64,000 bases of DNA, from assembly GCA_000320545.1 (NCBI GenBank), contig ADNK01002664.1, forward strand, positions 62,001 through 126,000, given 5' to 3'. This stretch comes from Bigelowiella natans CCMP2755. Its lineage: Eukaryota; Protista; Cercozoa. The position numbers and the translations under genes were made by a program. How positions within the stretch are numbered: position 1 is the stretch's first letter; the number at the start of each line of letters is the position of its first letter. The notes beneath the pieces are model-generated. The model worked only from the letters and a program-made list of their open reading frames with translations, was not told where the DNA came from and made no database searches. Below, one piece after another: positions 28,411 to 40,791 of the stretch.

Positions 28411-28441
<31 letters not shown>

Positions 28442-29545
28442 TGTGTCCCACCTTTGAATAGTACCTACTCACACTATCACCTTTGAAAATAGTACAAGTA
28501 GCTACTACGCACAGAAAGAACCACAAGAGGATGATAATGTTATCTTTGTCAATAGTCATGCCAATATAATTTGTATTCAAATTGCACATGATCACCATCA
28601 CCACCATCAACATCATCAACATCATCATTAACACCATCATCATCATCATAATAGCGAACTGGAGATATGCTTGATAAGAAGAAGGAGCTTGAGGACCGCC
28701 AAAAAGCAAGAGAGGAGGTGGGTGAATAGACACATTATTCTCTTCTTATTATTAATGGTATTGATAACAAACTGGTAAAATCATCACAGTAAATGAAGAA
28801 ACTTGGCAACATTCATACTACTGCCGTGTATATATAACAAATAATAATAATTACTATCACCGTCCTTGTCGATAATATTATCATTTTGATCAGGGCAAGA
28901 AATCTCGTTCTCCGAAGAGCAAGAAGAGGCATCTGGTATTTATGTGTTTGAGCTAGGTTAATGAAAAGGGGGGGGTAAAGATCTTTACAATTGATTTATA
29001 GACAATGCTCGTGATGCTGTTGACATCATCACCAGTATCATCTTCATCTTCATCATCACTCTCTCATCATTTCCATCATCTATCTCTTCGTAAACAACAC
29101 TCGTGTTGCTGTTGCTTCTCGTTGAAAAGGGGCCTGGAGCTGCAATTGCAAAGGTGTTGGTCATTTTTATTATCATCGTCATTATCATATTGTTACATAC
29201 AAGTATATTTGTACATGTTAATTGTGTTCTCTATTCAAATGATATGTATAAACACTGCTACTACTACTTAATTGGCTCTCCATCTTCATCATTACCTTCT
29301 CCTCCTCCCTCCTTCACCTCTTCCTTCATCTTATTCCCCTGTGATGTTATGAAAAGGCTGGGGGGCTAGATGTGAAAGCACTTCTAGGCAAGAATAAGAA
29401 CAAAAAGGTATGTTTATCAGCACCATCACCACCATCATCATTATAATTTAAGCGACACTACTACTAGCTTCTACATACACAAGCACTTGTTGTTCCATCC
29501 CTCTCTCTATTTTTTAAGCTTCGTTCTTAGAATATGGTGGTGGGG

Positions 29546-29579
<34 letters not shown>

Positions 29580-30216
29580 AAACATATAGATGCCTCTCCA
29601 CCTCCCCCCTTTCCCCCTCCTCCTCCTCGGTCTCTCCTCCTCTTCATTGATTACTAGGACAAAAACAAGATTGGTTTTGCAATGAAATCACTACGATCTG
29701 GGGACTCTAGCAAGGTTGTAATGATGATAATGATGATGATGGTGGTGGTGGTGGTGGTGGTGGTGATAACACAGACAATAATAACAACATAGTCATGAAT
29801 GATACTGTTTTTATTATGTGGATTATACATAACTCTGCTACAACTACATAGCTGTTAGTGAATAAGCCGTCAACTAGACAGTAGGGATAACGACAATTAA
29901 ATCATAATAATATCACATTGCTTCACACTTGCACGAGTGTTTGTGTGTGCGTGTGTGAGAGAGAGAGAGGGGGGGAGAGAGAGAGAGAGAGAGAGAGTGT
30001 CTACGTGTAAAGTATAAGTATCAGAAATATTATACTCTAATGAAATTCTATTTTCTTTAGATCCGTGCGGCATTACGTCGGCGACAGAAATTCGGGACAA
30101 TAAAGTTCAAAAATCGCCGAGCAAGCGGAAAGGTGTGATTATCGCGATCATCGTTATTTTAGTGTAGTAGTAGTAGTTTCTACCAAATATTTTTGTTGAC
30201 TATTTCATATCCTTTG

Positions 30217-30266
<50 letters not shown>

Positions 30267-30444
30267 GACAATGTAATACAACTGCATGAACGAACATCTG
30301 TTATGCATTTGGAAATGATTTTTTACATTTGGAACAACGGGATACTTCGAAAGGATGCGAGTGATTTTCATCACCATAAATCTACAATTATCGACGATGT
30401 ATAAATATGTATGAGAGATGATTTAGAGGCAGATATTGATGTCT

Positions 30445-30486
<42 letters not shown>

Positions 30487-30613
30487 TGTGTGTGCGCTGA
30501 GGGGGGAAGTAAATAGAAGATGATAGTTTGTAATGATGATGTGTTGTCAGAAGCTAACACGGGCTAAGTTCGAGCAAGCTCTTCTATCCAGAATTCAGAA
30601 AAACAATCAATGA
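14751..30613 (+). CDS. Diaphanous-related formin (GBD/FH3 - coiled coil - FH1 - FH2 - DAD-like tail), >40 exons
   Basis: Exon chain from MGCCASKEE (ATG 14751) through GBD/FH3-like exons (EHLPDEELLERQFHDLM, LSAFANNGYGL, VATLLNTLVSSPQE, RRVKIRYELLDL). Poly-Pro FH1 at ~22.9-23.6 kb. FH2 motifs KTKVLHWAPI, LLDSKRSYNIN-IALARFK, LEYILALGNYLN, GCAYGVRLSSLDK, KTNLLEFL, FLQYFIGFADSFK. DAD-like FAMKSLRSG-IRAALRRRQK. Stop TGA 30611-30613. Confidence 0.93.
22895..23206 (+). repeat. 27-nt tandem repeat encoding FH1 (GGIPPPPSM)n
   Basis: About 9-10 copies of ggaggcattcccccaccaccttcaatg. Two copies are 1 nt short. Confidence 0.95.
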
Positions 30614-30654
30614 ACAACATCTTAGATGCGCTATTTGTTAGTTGTCAAAGAGTA

Positions 30655-31960
30655 GCAGCAGTTGCACATCACAATGCAAAAACTGATTCTAGTCATCATC
30701 ATTGTTTTCGTTGGAAAAAAAAACGGACATTTTGGGTGCCGATGTTTTGGGTTTCGTGAAGTGTTGCAATGCAACACTGTCTAGCTGTGGCATTGCAGGC
30801 AATCTAGCAATGCTAGAATGGTGTCCTGGAAATTTTCAACTTTGGAACTGCACTGCACAGTCTGCAGTGTTGCGCAGCATTGTCAAACGCTAGCGCGCGG
30901 TGCTGAATGCACAACAAGTCCAGAAGTGTTGCTGAGCAATGTTGCCGCATCACGACATCATCGCTGCAGCATCGTGCTAGCGTGTTGCTGGGCTGGCAAT
31001 CTGAGGTTCTGACAGGCTAGCTAGCTAGCAGGACTCTGGCAAGTGCTTCCCGCAAGCTTGTCTGGTTGTTGAAGACGATGTGACTTCAGGAGGTCTAGAG
31101 GTTCACCTGGGAACAATGACGCGCGTCCCCCCTCTAGCTAGCTAGCCCTCTAGCTAGCTAGCCCTGCTGGCATGACTTGAACAATGAACAGAATAGACAC
31201 GTAATGTGAACGCGTTCGCATCACAAACATTCGGCGGTGCAACGTTTGAACCCAGACGTTGAACATCATGATTGGTGCAAAACAGCGCCAGACTAGCAGA
31301 GCGTGTGAGAACCACCAGCTGGCCAGCTAGCCAGACCACGCTGGCTAGCTGGCACATCCAGACGTGCTAGCTGTCTAGCGTGGGAGACGTGCAAGACGTG
31401 CACTTGCAAAGATCAGAGCCTGCAGGCAAAAAACATTGCGAAGACTGTTTGGCTGTGTGGCGCGCCAGGCCACAAGCAGTCTGGAAGGCTGGAAGGTCCA
31501 GAGCCAGAGGGGTGCCACTGGCGAACGTTCTGGCATTGAACATTGAACTTTGCAGCTTGTCATTTGACAAACAAATAAACCCAATGAAGAACTGCACTTC
31601 CAAAATGTTGCGTGACACTTGCAAAGTGCAAAACGCAGTGCCTCGAACCAGCTTTGGTGAAGGCTGACTCGATTGCCAAATCGATCCAAAATCTGCATCC
31701 GCAAGAACTACATGCATGAGAGACAAGCGTTTGTCACCTGCGACAATGCGAGGGATGTCGCATCCTCGAAATGCTGCATGTTGCAATGTGAAATAGCCGC
31801 CTGCCAGACCGTCCCAAATGAACGACATGCGACAATGACATGTTGGTGTGGACAGGCAAACAATGCCTACATTTGCGACCAGTGATGTCGCTGATGAAAG
31901 ATGATGTACGACAATGACATATTGGTGTTGTTGGGCAAATAACGCCTACATTTTCAAAAG
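30655..31960. other. TpA-depleted, CTAG-retaining intergenic island (degenerate repeat DNA)
   Basis: From ~30655 to ~31190 every TA read by eye lies within CTAG. Only a handful of other TAs occur up to 31900, about half of them in TAG/CTA. Contains a 53-nt direct repeat pair (31822-31874 / 31901-31953). Confidence 0.85.
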
Positions 31961-32221
31961 CAACGTGACCTTTTTCCAAATTGTGCTGCCTACCACTACC
32001 TCAAAACCCTTGTTCAAAATCTTCTTTGTGGCTGGAATCTTCGATTTCTGCCAGAAAAGCAAGCCGTCCCACTGTCTTTACCTGCGATCATCATCAACCA
32101 AAAAACTAATTGTGCTGCCATGTGCTGTCTCCTACACACACTCAACAAAAAACTGACTCGGATTCCTCACAAACCATTCGCCGCCGCGATCACTCCCCAC
32201 TAGAAACGCTACTTTGCAATA

Positions 32222-33681
32222 ATGAGAGAAATCCTTTCAGTTCACCTCGGCCAAGCAGGCATTCAGGTGAATGTTATATTTACTCATCTCGATTTTCTGT
32301 TCTTCATCGAAATTTTTGAGTGGAAATCTTTATACGAACAATTTCTACTTTCACTACTTAGGTTGGAAACAGTTGCTGGGAACTCTACTGTGTAGAGCAT
32401 GGTATCCAACCTGATGGAAAAATGCCAAGCGATAATTCGAAGGGGTCAGAGGATGATGCATTCAACACTTTCTTCTCTGAGACTAGTGCTGGAAGACATG
32501 TTCCTCGTGCAATCTTCCTTGATCTCGAGCCCAATGCCATAGATGAAATTCGTACTGGCGCCTACCGTCAACTATTCCACCCTGAGCAACTCATCAATGG
32601 TAAAGAAGATGCAGCTAATAACTATGCTCGTGGTCATTACACAATTGGAAAGGAGATTGTAGATTTGGCTCTTGACAGAATCCGCAAGTTAGCTGACAAC
32701 TGCACCGGACTTCAAGGGTTCCTTGTGTTTAATGCTGTTGGTGGAGGAACTGGGTCTGGGCTAGGATCTCTTCTTCTGGAGAGATTGTCTGTTGACTATG
32801 GAAAGAAATCTAAACTTGGTTTCAATATTTATCCATCCCCGCAAGTGTCTACAGCTGTAGTGGAGCCATATAACTGTGTTCTCTCTACCCATTCGCTTTT
32901 GGAGCATACCGACGTTGCTGTTATTCTGGATAATGAAGCCATTTATGATATCTGCCGTCGCTCTCTGGATGTAAATAGGCCAACTTACAACAATCTTAAC
33001 CGTCTAATTGCACAGGTCGTGTCATCACTGACAGCATCTCTACGATTTGATGGAGCTTTGAATGTCGATGTTACCGAGTTCCAAACTAATCTTGTTCCTT
33101 ACCCACGAATTCACTTCATGCTCAGTTCTTATGCTCCAATCATCACCAAAGCTAAATCCTCTCACGAGCAGCTTACTGTGGCTGAGATCACAAACAGTGC
33201 TTTTGAGCCAGCATCTATGATGGTAAAGTGCGACCCTCGTCATGGAAAATACATGGCGTGCTGTCTGATGTACAGAGGTGATGTCATTCCAAAGGACGTT
33301 AATGCAGCTGTTGCGCTTATTAAGACGAAGCGTACTATTCAATTTGTTGATTGGTCTCCAACCGGTTTCAAATGTGGGATTAACTACCAACCCCCCGCTG
33401 GAATTCCAGGTGCTGATCTTGCAGCGACCAAGAGAGCAGTTTGCATGATCTCAAACTCCACTGCCATTCAAGAGGTGTTCCACCGAATTGACTCAAAGTT
33501 TGATATGATGTATGCAAAACGTGCATTTGTACACTGGTACGTTGGAGAGGGCATGGAAGAAGGAGAATTCTCTGAAGCACGTGAGGATTTGGCAGCTCTG
33601 GAGAAGGATTACGAGGAGGTTGGAGTCGAGAGCCAGGATGGCGCTGAAGGGGAGGGCGAGGCTGAATATGATGAAGCTTGA
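32222..33681 (+). CDS. TUBA: Alpha-tubulin (divergent; 2 exons: 32222-32266, 32362-33681)
   Basis: [15 protein letters not shown]|[67 protein letters not shown] intron 32267-32361. Confidence 0.98.
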
Positions 33682-33712
33682 AGATAACACTATGAAGCTT
33701 GAAGATAACACT
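33671..33712 (+). repeat. Perfect 21-nt tandem duplication spanning the alpha-tubulin stop codon
   Basis: atgaagcttgaagataacact x2 (33671-33691, 33692-33712). Confidence 0.95.
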
Positions 33713-33929
33713 CACTCATGCGTATTGAGCTTGGAAGCAGAAACCGAGAATTAGTTTGCTAAGATTACGGCGGATCGCAAAAATTCACATCAAGAGTTTT
33801 TCCGAATGAGAATTAGTTGACTTTTTCAAAGTTTTTGAGCAGAATTAAGTTCTTTAACATGATCGTTGAGTCAACAGTGCCAATTGTTATTTTTTTCCAT
33901 GTAGACACATTTCATCCATCATTGTATTG

Positions 33930-35400
33930 CTAGATTGCTTTGTCGCCGCCTCCCTTGATCTGCATGTTCGGACATCACTTGGCATGTGCACAGATGCATG
34001 AGCCCATCACTGAGTGGGAGAATTAGTTTTAGAAATGTGGGCGAAGGATGATCGAATGAACATGGACAGGTTCTCAACATCAAAATGTTCGCTAGATGTG
34101 CGATGACGCCACCATCTAGCCATGTAGCGTGCTCGGAAGCCCAGATCTGTTCAGATCATGCCAGCATTCTGTCAACACATTCAGCTACCTCTAGAGCTCC
34201 AGAGCTAGCTAGCTAGCTAGAGTCTAGTGGTCACTGAAGTCGCAGCTGGCTAGCTCCAGAGCTAGCCTTGAGCACTGGAGCACATTCAACATTCGATGTG
34301 TCTAGCTAGCTAGCTAGCTCACCAAAACTAGCTAGAACACTCGCTAGACTCGATGTGTCCACTTCTAGACTTGCTAGCTTGCTTGTAGCTAAAAACATGC
34401 TAGCATGGATGACAAGATCCAGAGATGCAGCAGACTCTCTAGCTCTCCAGCTAGCCAGCTAGTGGCTAGCTCTAGAGCTAGCAGCTAGTCTTCTAGTCTG
34501 ATCACCATGCTGGCATGGCAGAGCGAGATGCTGCTGAAACAGTCTAGCAAGCTAGCTAGCAGTCAGTCTAGCTAGCTAGCTAGCTAGCAGCAGTCAGACA
34601 AACATGGAAATGCACAGTAGCTAGAGCTAGCCAGTCTAGCAGTAGTGCTATGGTGGAGCTAGCTAGCTAGGGAGCTAGATCTAGAGACGGGCAATTTCAT
34701 TCCTCCACCTCTAGCTAGCTAGACCTGACACTTTTGAAGGCTAGCTAGCTAGGCTGCTGCATTTGCTAGTTTGCTAGTTTGCGGATGTGCACAAGTCTAG
34801 AAGTCTAGAACTCTAGAAACAGCTGCTAGCAAATTCTGAACTAGCTCTAGCTAGTAGCTAGCTAGAGCAAGCGAGATGATGGTGACGATGATGACATCTC
34901 CAGATCTAGACATGACGATGATTTTTGTCATCAACTTTGGAACTCCTTCTTAATTTCAGGTGCACTACCAGACCATTGCAGTCAAGACAGTCTAGCTAGC
35001 TAGTCTAGATCAACAGTGTTATTTCTAGATCTCTAAATCTAGCTATGCTAGCATTTTAGAGCTCTTAGCTGTACATTTACTAGTTTAGCTCTAAACTAGT
35101 AAAGAGTGTCTAGAGCACCTACAGATCTAGAACGTATAAAGAGCGCTAGAGCTAGAGAGCATGAAACATGTATGGGTATCTCTCTACTAGCTAGCTCTAA
35201 CTAACTAATCCTGCTAGCCTGCTGCCTCAAGATTCTAAAATTACTCACCTCCATCACCACATCTAGATCTAGAGATGTCTGTAGATGTACAGATGTCTTA
35301 ATGTATTCTGCTGTTACTAGGTTACACTGTCAAGACTGTTACTTCTCTTATCACCATGCTATTCTGCTCAACACTGTAGCAAGTGTCTAGAGCGTTGTAG
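33930..35400. other. CTAG/GCTAGC-saturated, TpA-depleted intergenic island
   Basis: Dozens of CTAG, including (CTAG)n runs. Between ~33930 and ~34950 all other TAs seen are half-sites (TAG or CTA). The signal fades toward the RdRP stop. Confidence 0.85.
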
Positions 35401-35406
35401 CGCTAA

Positions 35407-38400
35407 CTAGCTTGTGTTGTGAACTTTGGCATGTTTACCTTGTTTCTTAATGTCCAATAGTACAACTTCTGCCATGTAAAATGGTATAATACCAAGAAGT
35501 TTTAGAATTCTAGCGGATAATATAGATAAACTAAAAGATTCTGATGAGGATATTGATTTTAGCTTGTTTTTGGACTTTTTCTCTTTTTCAAGAATCTCCG
35601 CCACCTTTTCCCTTAGTTCATTTGATTTTGCTAAATTTGTGATAATATCGAAGTCTGCCGTATACCAAATTTTGGCCTCCAACTCAAGTGCTTTGCGAAA
35701 TTCAATATTGAGTCCAGAGTATATATGTGAATGAATAAGATAGCAGTAGCATCCACAGGAGCTCTCGTGTATTACACAACAGCAAGTAGCAGCAGCAGCA
35801 GGGTCGTTGCTACTTTTATCTTCAAGGCTGCTACCCTCAAGAGGAAAACGATAACACTGTTTGTCAGTTGATTTACTATCTGTTCTGATATATTTTTTCT
35901 TACTTTTATTACCATTGCTGCTGTAACTTGCACTGCTACTTCGACTAGCACTACTGTTACTAATTCCAAGACCAACAGCAGATGATACGAAGTATCTTCT
36001 TAATTTGTTTATGTTTCCAATCCAGGATGGTGTCGTAGTAGCAGTTGAAGTTGAAGGAGTAGAAGCATTAGTTGTGTCCTTTTTCCTTCCAGTGATGGTA
36101 TTGGTAGAAGGTCCATTGTAATCATAATCATAGTCATCATCACCATCATCGTAACAATCATCATCTTTATCATGATGACGCTGAAGCCACGACTCCACAA
36201 GCTCCCTGATCTTAGCACATGCATGTTTATATCGATGCCTTATTTCTTCTGTTGCCGTCTTCAAGTCGATACTGAGGTCTTTGTCCTTTGGTTAAGTTTA
36301 TTTGGTTTTAAATATTCATTACTTTGCACCAGAAATAAATGAATATAGGAGTGACCAATAAGAGTAATAGTTGTCATATTTATCTCGTTTAGGAAAGATA
36401 AAGATAATGACGGTTGGCATATAACTATCCAAGATAAAGATGATGCCATCTATCCAAGATGATGATGGTGATGATGACGGTTGGCATATATCTATCCAAG
36501 ATGATGAAAGGTTAAAGATGATGATGATAGGCATACATCTATCGCAATTCCTCCCTTCCTCCCCTACCCCCGAACACTGTAGCAATGCCAATGCATCAGG
36601 CAATTCAGCCATAAACTATGAGTGCGACTATCACTACTACTGTTACCTTCGTGAAAGTGAAAGGGGGAGGGCTTCTTCGTAGTTCTTCAGCCTTTTCAAA
36701 TAAACGTCCTAAAATCCCCTGGATAATATTGATCGCATTTGTATAATACGCATTTTTGTGACTTCCCACGGCCCTGGTATTGGCTAGTGCTGCTATTATT
36801 GTTGCTATTCCTACTACTATTGCTACTGCTACTACTACCACTACTACGTCGTGTCATGATGTTATCCAATTAAACAACATACTTTGTCTTGGTAATAGGA
36901 GAAGTTTGAGGAATAACATATATTATTCGTCCCCCTCCTCCTCCTCCTCCTCCTCCTCCTCCTCCTCCTCTGTAGCATGAAATGTGGACGTTCTGGATAC
37001 GAATGGAAGACATCTTGCCTGAATGATGAGGTGATTCATTCAAATGATGATGATGATGATAATGATGATGGTGGTGGTGGTGGTGGGTGATGATTGATAC
37101 ACCGGTTGTTGTAGCAGTACAGTAGCAGTAGTAGTAGTAATGGGAGTTGTAGTAGTAGTAGTAGTAGGCTCTTACTCCTCCTCAATAAATCCTAGCCAGT
37201 AATTATTAGTTTTAGTGGAATGGTAATGAACAACCATGTGTCCGGAAGTCTAACATCATTCCCCGTTTTCTCTGCATCTAATGCTTGCTCAAATAACATG
37301 GCAGCCTGCAATGTGATTTCATGTCTTGGGCCTAATGAGCTGGCGAGTCTATGACAATGTACGGAGGAGGAGGAGGAAGAGGAAAAGAAGAAAGAGAGGG
37401 GAATCTAGTTTTAGTAAGACACTTTGCTTCTGCGTGGTAGTTTTGTTCTTGTTAGATGGAAGATAGCAACATCAAAAAGTAGGTTAATATGATGACATAA
37501 AATGATGATGTATAGCGCATTAATACACAATACTAATCAATCAGAGACAACTACTTTCCACCAACTAATGATATCAACACACACAACGCATCACTAAATC
37601 CAGAGGGAGGCGACATAAACGAGCAAAATCTGTGATCATTTATTCCTAGTAGTATCATTATCATAATCTAGAACTGCTTCTTCCAATCCTCCTCCTCCTC
37701 CTCCTCCTCCTCTACTTACTCGGTATGAAGATTTCCCAGTCGCCCCTTCCTCTCTTTCATTGTAGTCAGAGTATGAAGGAATGTGCATTTATTTGCATAC
37801 TCAATACAATCACGTTCCCTCTTCCATTTCTGATATTCTTTTCTTCTTCGCTTCCTCTTTATTACTTTGCTGCTTCCTTCTAATACCTCAACATCTTCCT
37901 CCTTGTTATCTATGATAATTCCCTTAGAATGCTGTACTACTGCTGCTATTTTTGGATCAATTAAGGTATGATCTCCTGTTTCTCTTTCTTCTTCTTCTTC
38001 TTCTTCTTCTTCTTCTGATTCTATTGTTGCTGTTACTTTCATAAGAGGTTGGGTTTGGTGTCTGTTCAGTTCGTAATCATGATCACTGGGAGGGGGGGGA
38101 GAACAACGATAGCGACAATCAGCAGAAGGGAAAGCAGCATGATTTTTGGCAGCAGTAAAATCAGCAACTGACCCTCCTTCTTCTTTGTCACGAGCTTTTT
38201 CCTTCTCCTCCTCTTTCTCCTCCCCTTCTTCTTCTTCTTCTTGACTACACTGATGATGATGCTTCTGCTGCTGGTGCTGGTGCTGCTCTTGTTCTCGTTT
38301 TAGCACCTGCTGCACGATTGTAGTGTTCCAGATGCAAAAAACCATATCACCATCGTAGTCGCCACCTGTTTCATCATACTAAGAGTAAGGATTCATATTT

Positions 38401-38898
38401 GGTTGCCGTCTATTTTGTTTATTCTAATTCCAATTAATTTCTCGAATAAGGGGCAATTTGAAGTTCGGGATTCTCTCTTCTCCCCCTTCTGGTCGTCATC
38501 TTCATTTAGGTTCCTCCTCCTTTATCCTCTCCTCCTTATCGATTCTCTCGCACTACACTTCTTCTTATGCATACTCTTCTCTCTACTACGATGTTCACTA
38601 CGACATCATCTACTACATCGTATGCATAATCAAATGTGAATAATGCTTTTGACGACGACTACTACCTGACATAACATCCAATGGAGCACGACAACCTCTC
38701 GTCTAGATATTGATCATCATGTGTAATATTCATCATAATGACAGCCCTACTACGTCTAGATATTGATTATCATGTGCAATATTTATCATAATTTCATTTA
38801 ACAGTACTAGTAAAAGAACAAATAAGAAGCAGTATCAGCAGAAATGTGTTTCGTAGCAGTAGAATATCATTATTATCATTATCACGACTAGAAACACA

Positions 38899-38934
<36 letters not shown>

Positions 38935-39603
38935 CGAGAAGATGGCGACATTGTCGTATCCACAACGGATAAATGTATTGGTAGTTTCGCTTGGAGGTAC
39001 AGAAAGTATTACTATATTTTCAGGCCTAACACACGGAGATCGAGTCACTAGCACTTTTCGTCGTCGTAGTCGTCTCTTCTTTTGCTTCTTGTTCTTCTTC
39101 TTTTTCTTCTGTCTTTGTTGTTCTTGACGACGGTATTGTCCTCCATCACAACCATCATTATATTCATCATAATCATCATTATCATAAGATAACAACACAC
39201 GTCCTGAAACCATAATACATACTTCGCCCTCCTCTAATATACCAAGTGGATCAGGTACTGCATACAAATAGCAAGATGATGGCAACGAAATATTGGCTTT
39301 GAACGTTGGTTGTCGTTGATGGAGTCTATATTTCAGCTGTCGAAGCAAGTAGTACAAACGTGGTTCGCTTGTACGAATCCCTCCATCAAGAAGCCTCTGT
39401 GCAGAGACGGCAGCTCTGTTATTATTACAGTAGTAGTAGTAGTAGTAGTGGTGGTGGTGGGTAGTAGAATTTAGTATCGAGTAGCAGCAGCCTCCTAATT
39501 ACACGGCGGATAGTAGTAGTAGTATCACCTAGCTCTCACATAGTCAGTACTAGTGGTTCAAGTTCCTTTGATTTATTGCATTTTCTGGTTATACACGTTC
39601 TTT

Positions 39604-39639
<36 letters not shown>

Positions 39640-40187
39640 CACTTACTACCATAGCTGCTAATTAGAACTACTTTAATTATTACTTCCGGGTATTCGTTTG
39701 AATCTCGGTAATACGTCGGTATTTCGGTTCATGCTTTGACCACGTATCAATCGTTGGCATATCCACATTTCTTAGCATTTCAAAAGCCTAAAGTGGGTTG
39801 GTGGTGGTGTTGTTCGTTGTACTAATATCGAGGAGTAGTAGTAGTAGTTGTTGTTGTTGTTGTACCATCTTTCTAGAAAGGATTTCATAGTCGGACAGGA
39901 GATAGTCAAGGTGGAGTAGATCAAAGAACACTGAATCTGATCATGATGATCATGATCAAAACGAATAATAACAATAAATCATTAGAATAAGCTATGATTT
40001 CAATAATGACAAATAGTATTATACAGGTTGACAGGCAGAAATATCAAAGAATTTTGTGTTTGTCTTCTTCTTCTTCTGGTATGGTCTTCGTCATTGTAGT
40101 TTCCAGCTAGAACGAAACACACATAGACATATTGTTTATATGTTTACTCAAATGAAGATAATGTTAATAATTATACACATAGTAGAG

Positions 40188-40219
<32 letters not shown>

Positions 40220-40439
40220 AAAAGAAACAAAGGAATGAAGTAAGCCAACAAGTACCAGAAACTCCTCTATTCGTGAGCATCAAGATGACTTGGCAATTCA
40301 AGTAATGCCGAATCCAATTAAGAGGCTCAAATTGGCGATGACGACGACTATGATGACTTCGATGACAACATTTACGAAAATCGTTCTGCTTCTTGTCCAT
40401 TTCATACCAATTAGTATTGATGCTGTTACCAGCATCATT

Positions 40440-40476
<37 letters not shown>

Positions 40477-40750
40477 CAATGCTGTCTTTGTTCCACATAT
40501 TTGCCAAATAGCTGTATTAAGCGCTTTTTGGCTTTGTGATGCATCCGTTTTAGCTCCGAATGATGATAATGATGATGATTATGAGAGTCAACTGCAGCTG
40601 GAAATAATGATATCCTCAATGCTGATGTCATTAGTAGTAGGGAGGACGAAAACAGCGACGAGGAAATATCGCCAGTACAGCCTATAATCTACACACACAC
40701 ACACACACACGCACGCACGCATGCACACGATCACATAAGAAAAATTAATA

Positions 40751-40791
<41 letters not shown>

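Noticed and set aside
5611-30400. Dozens of short ORFs made of poly-L/V/S/M/Y/CV/ER tracts
   Set aside because: They are translations of intronic microsatellites or antisense frames of the oxidoreductase and formin genes.
30551-30613. KLTRAKFEQ resembles an Hsp70/DnaK motif
   Set aside because: Only 9 residues match and there is no other Hsp70 sequence nearby. It splices in phase as the last formin exon.
30702-32156. Overlapping Cys/His-rich ORFs on both strands (also 53951-55205 and 60947-61431)
   Set aside because: Expected artefact of TA depletion, which removes TAA/TAG stops and Tyr codons. No recognisable domain apart from the ankyrin remnant.
30655-35400. Classical RIP or CpG-methylation decay as the cause of the islands
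   Set aside because: RIP raises TpA and lowers CpA/TpG, the opposite of what is seen. CpG decay does not remove TpA, and CpGs persist in the 30.6-32 kb and 54 kb islands.
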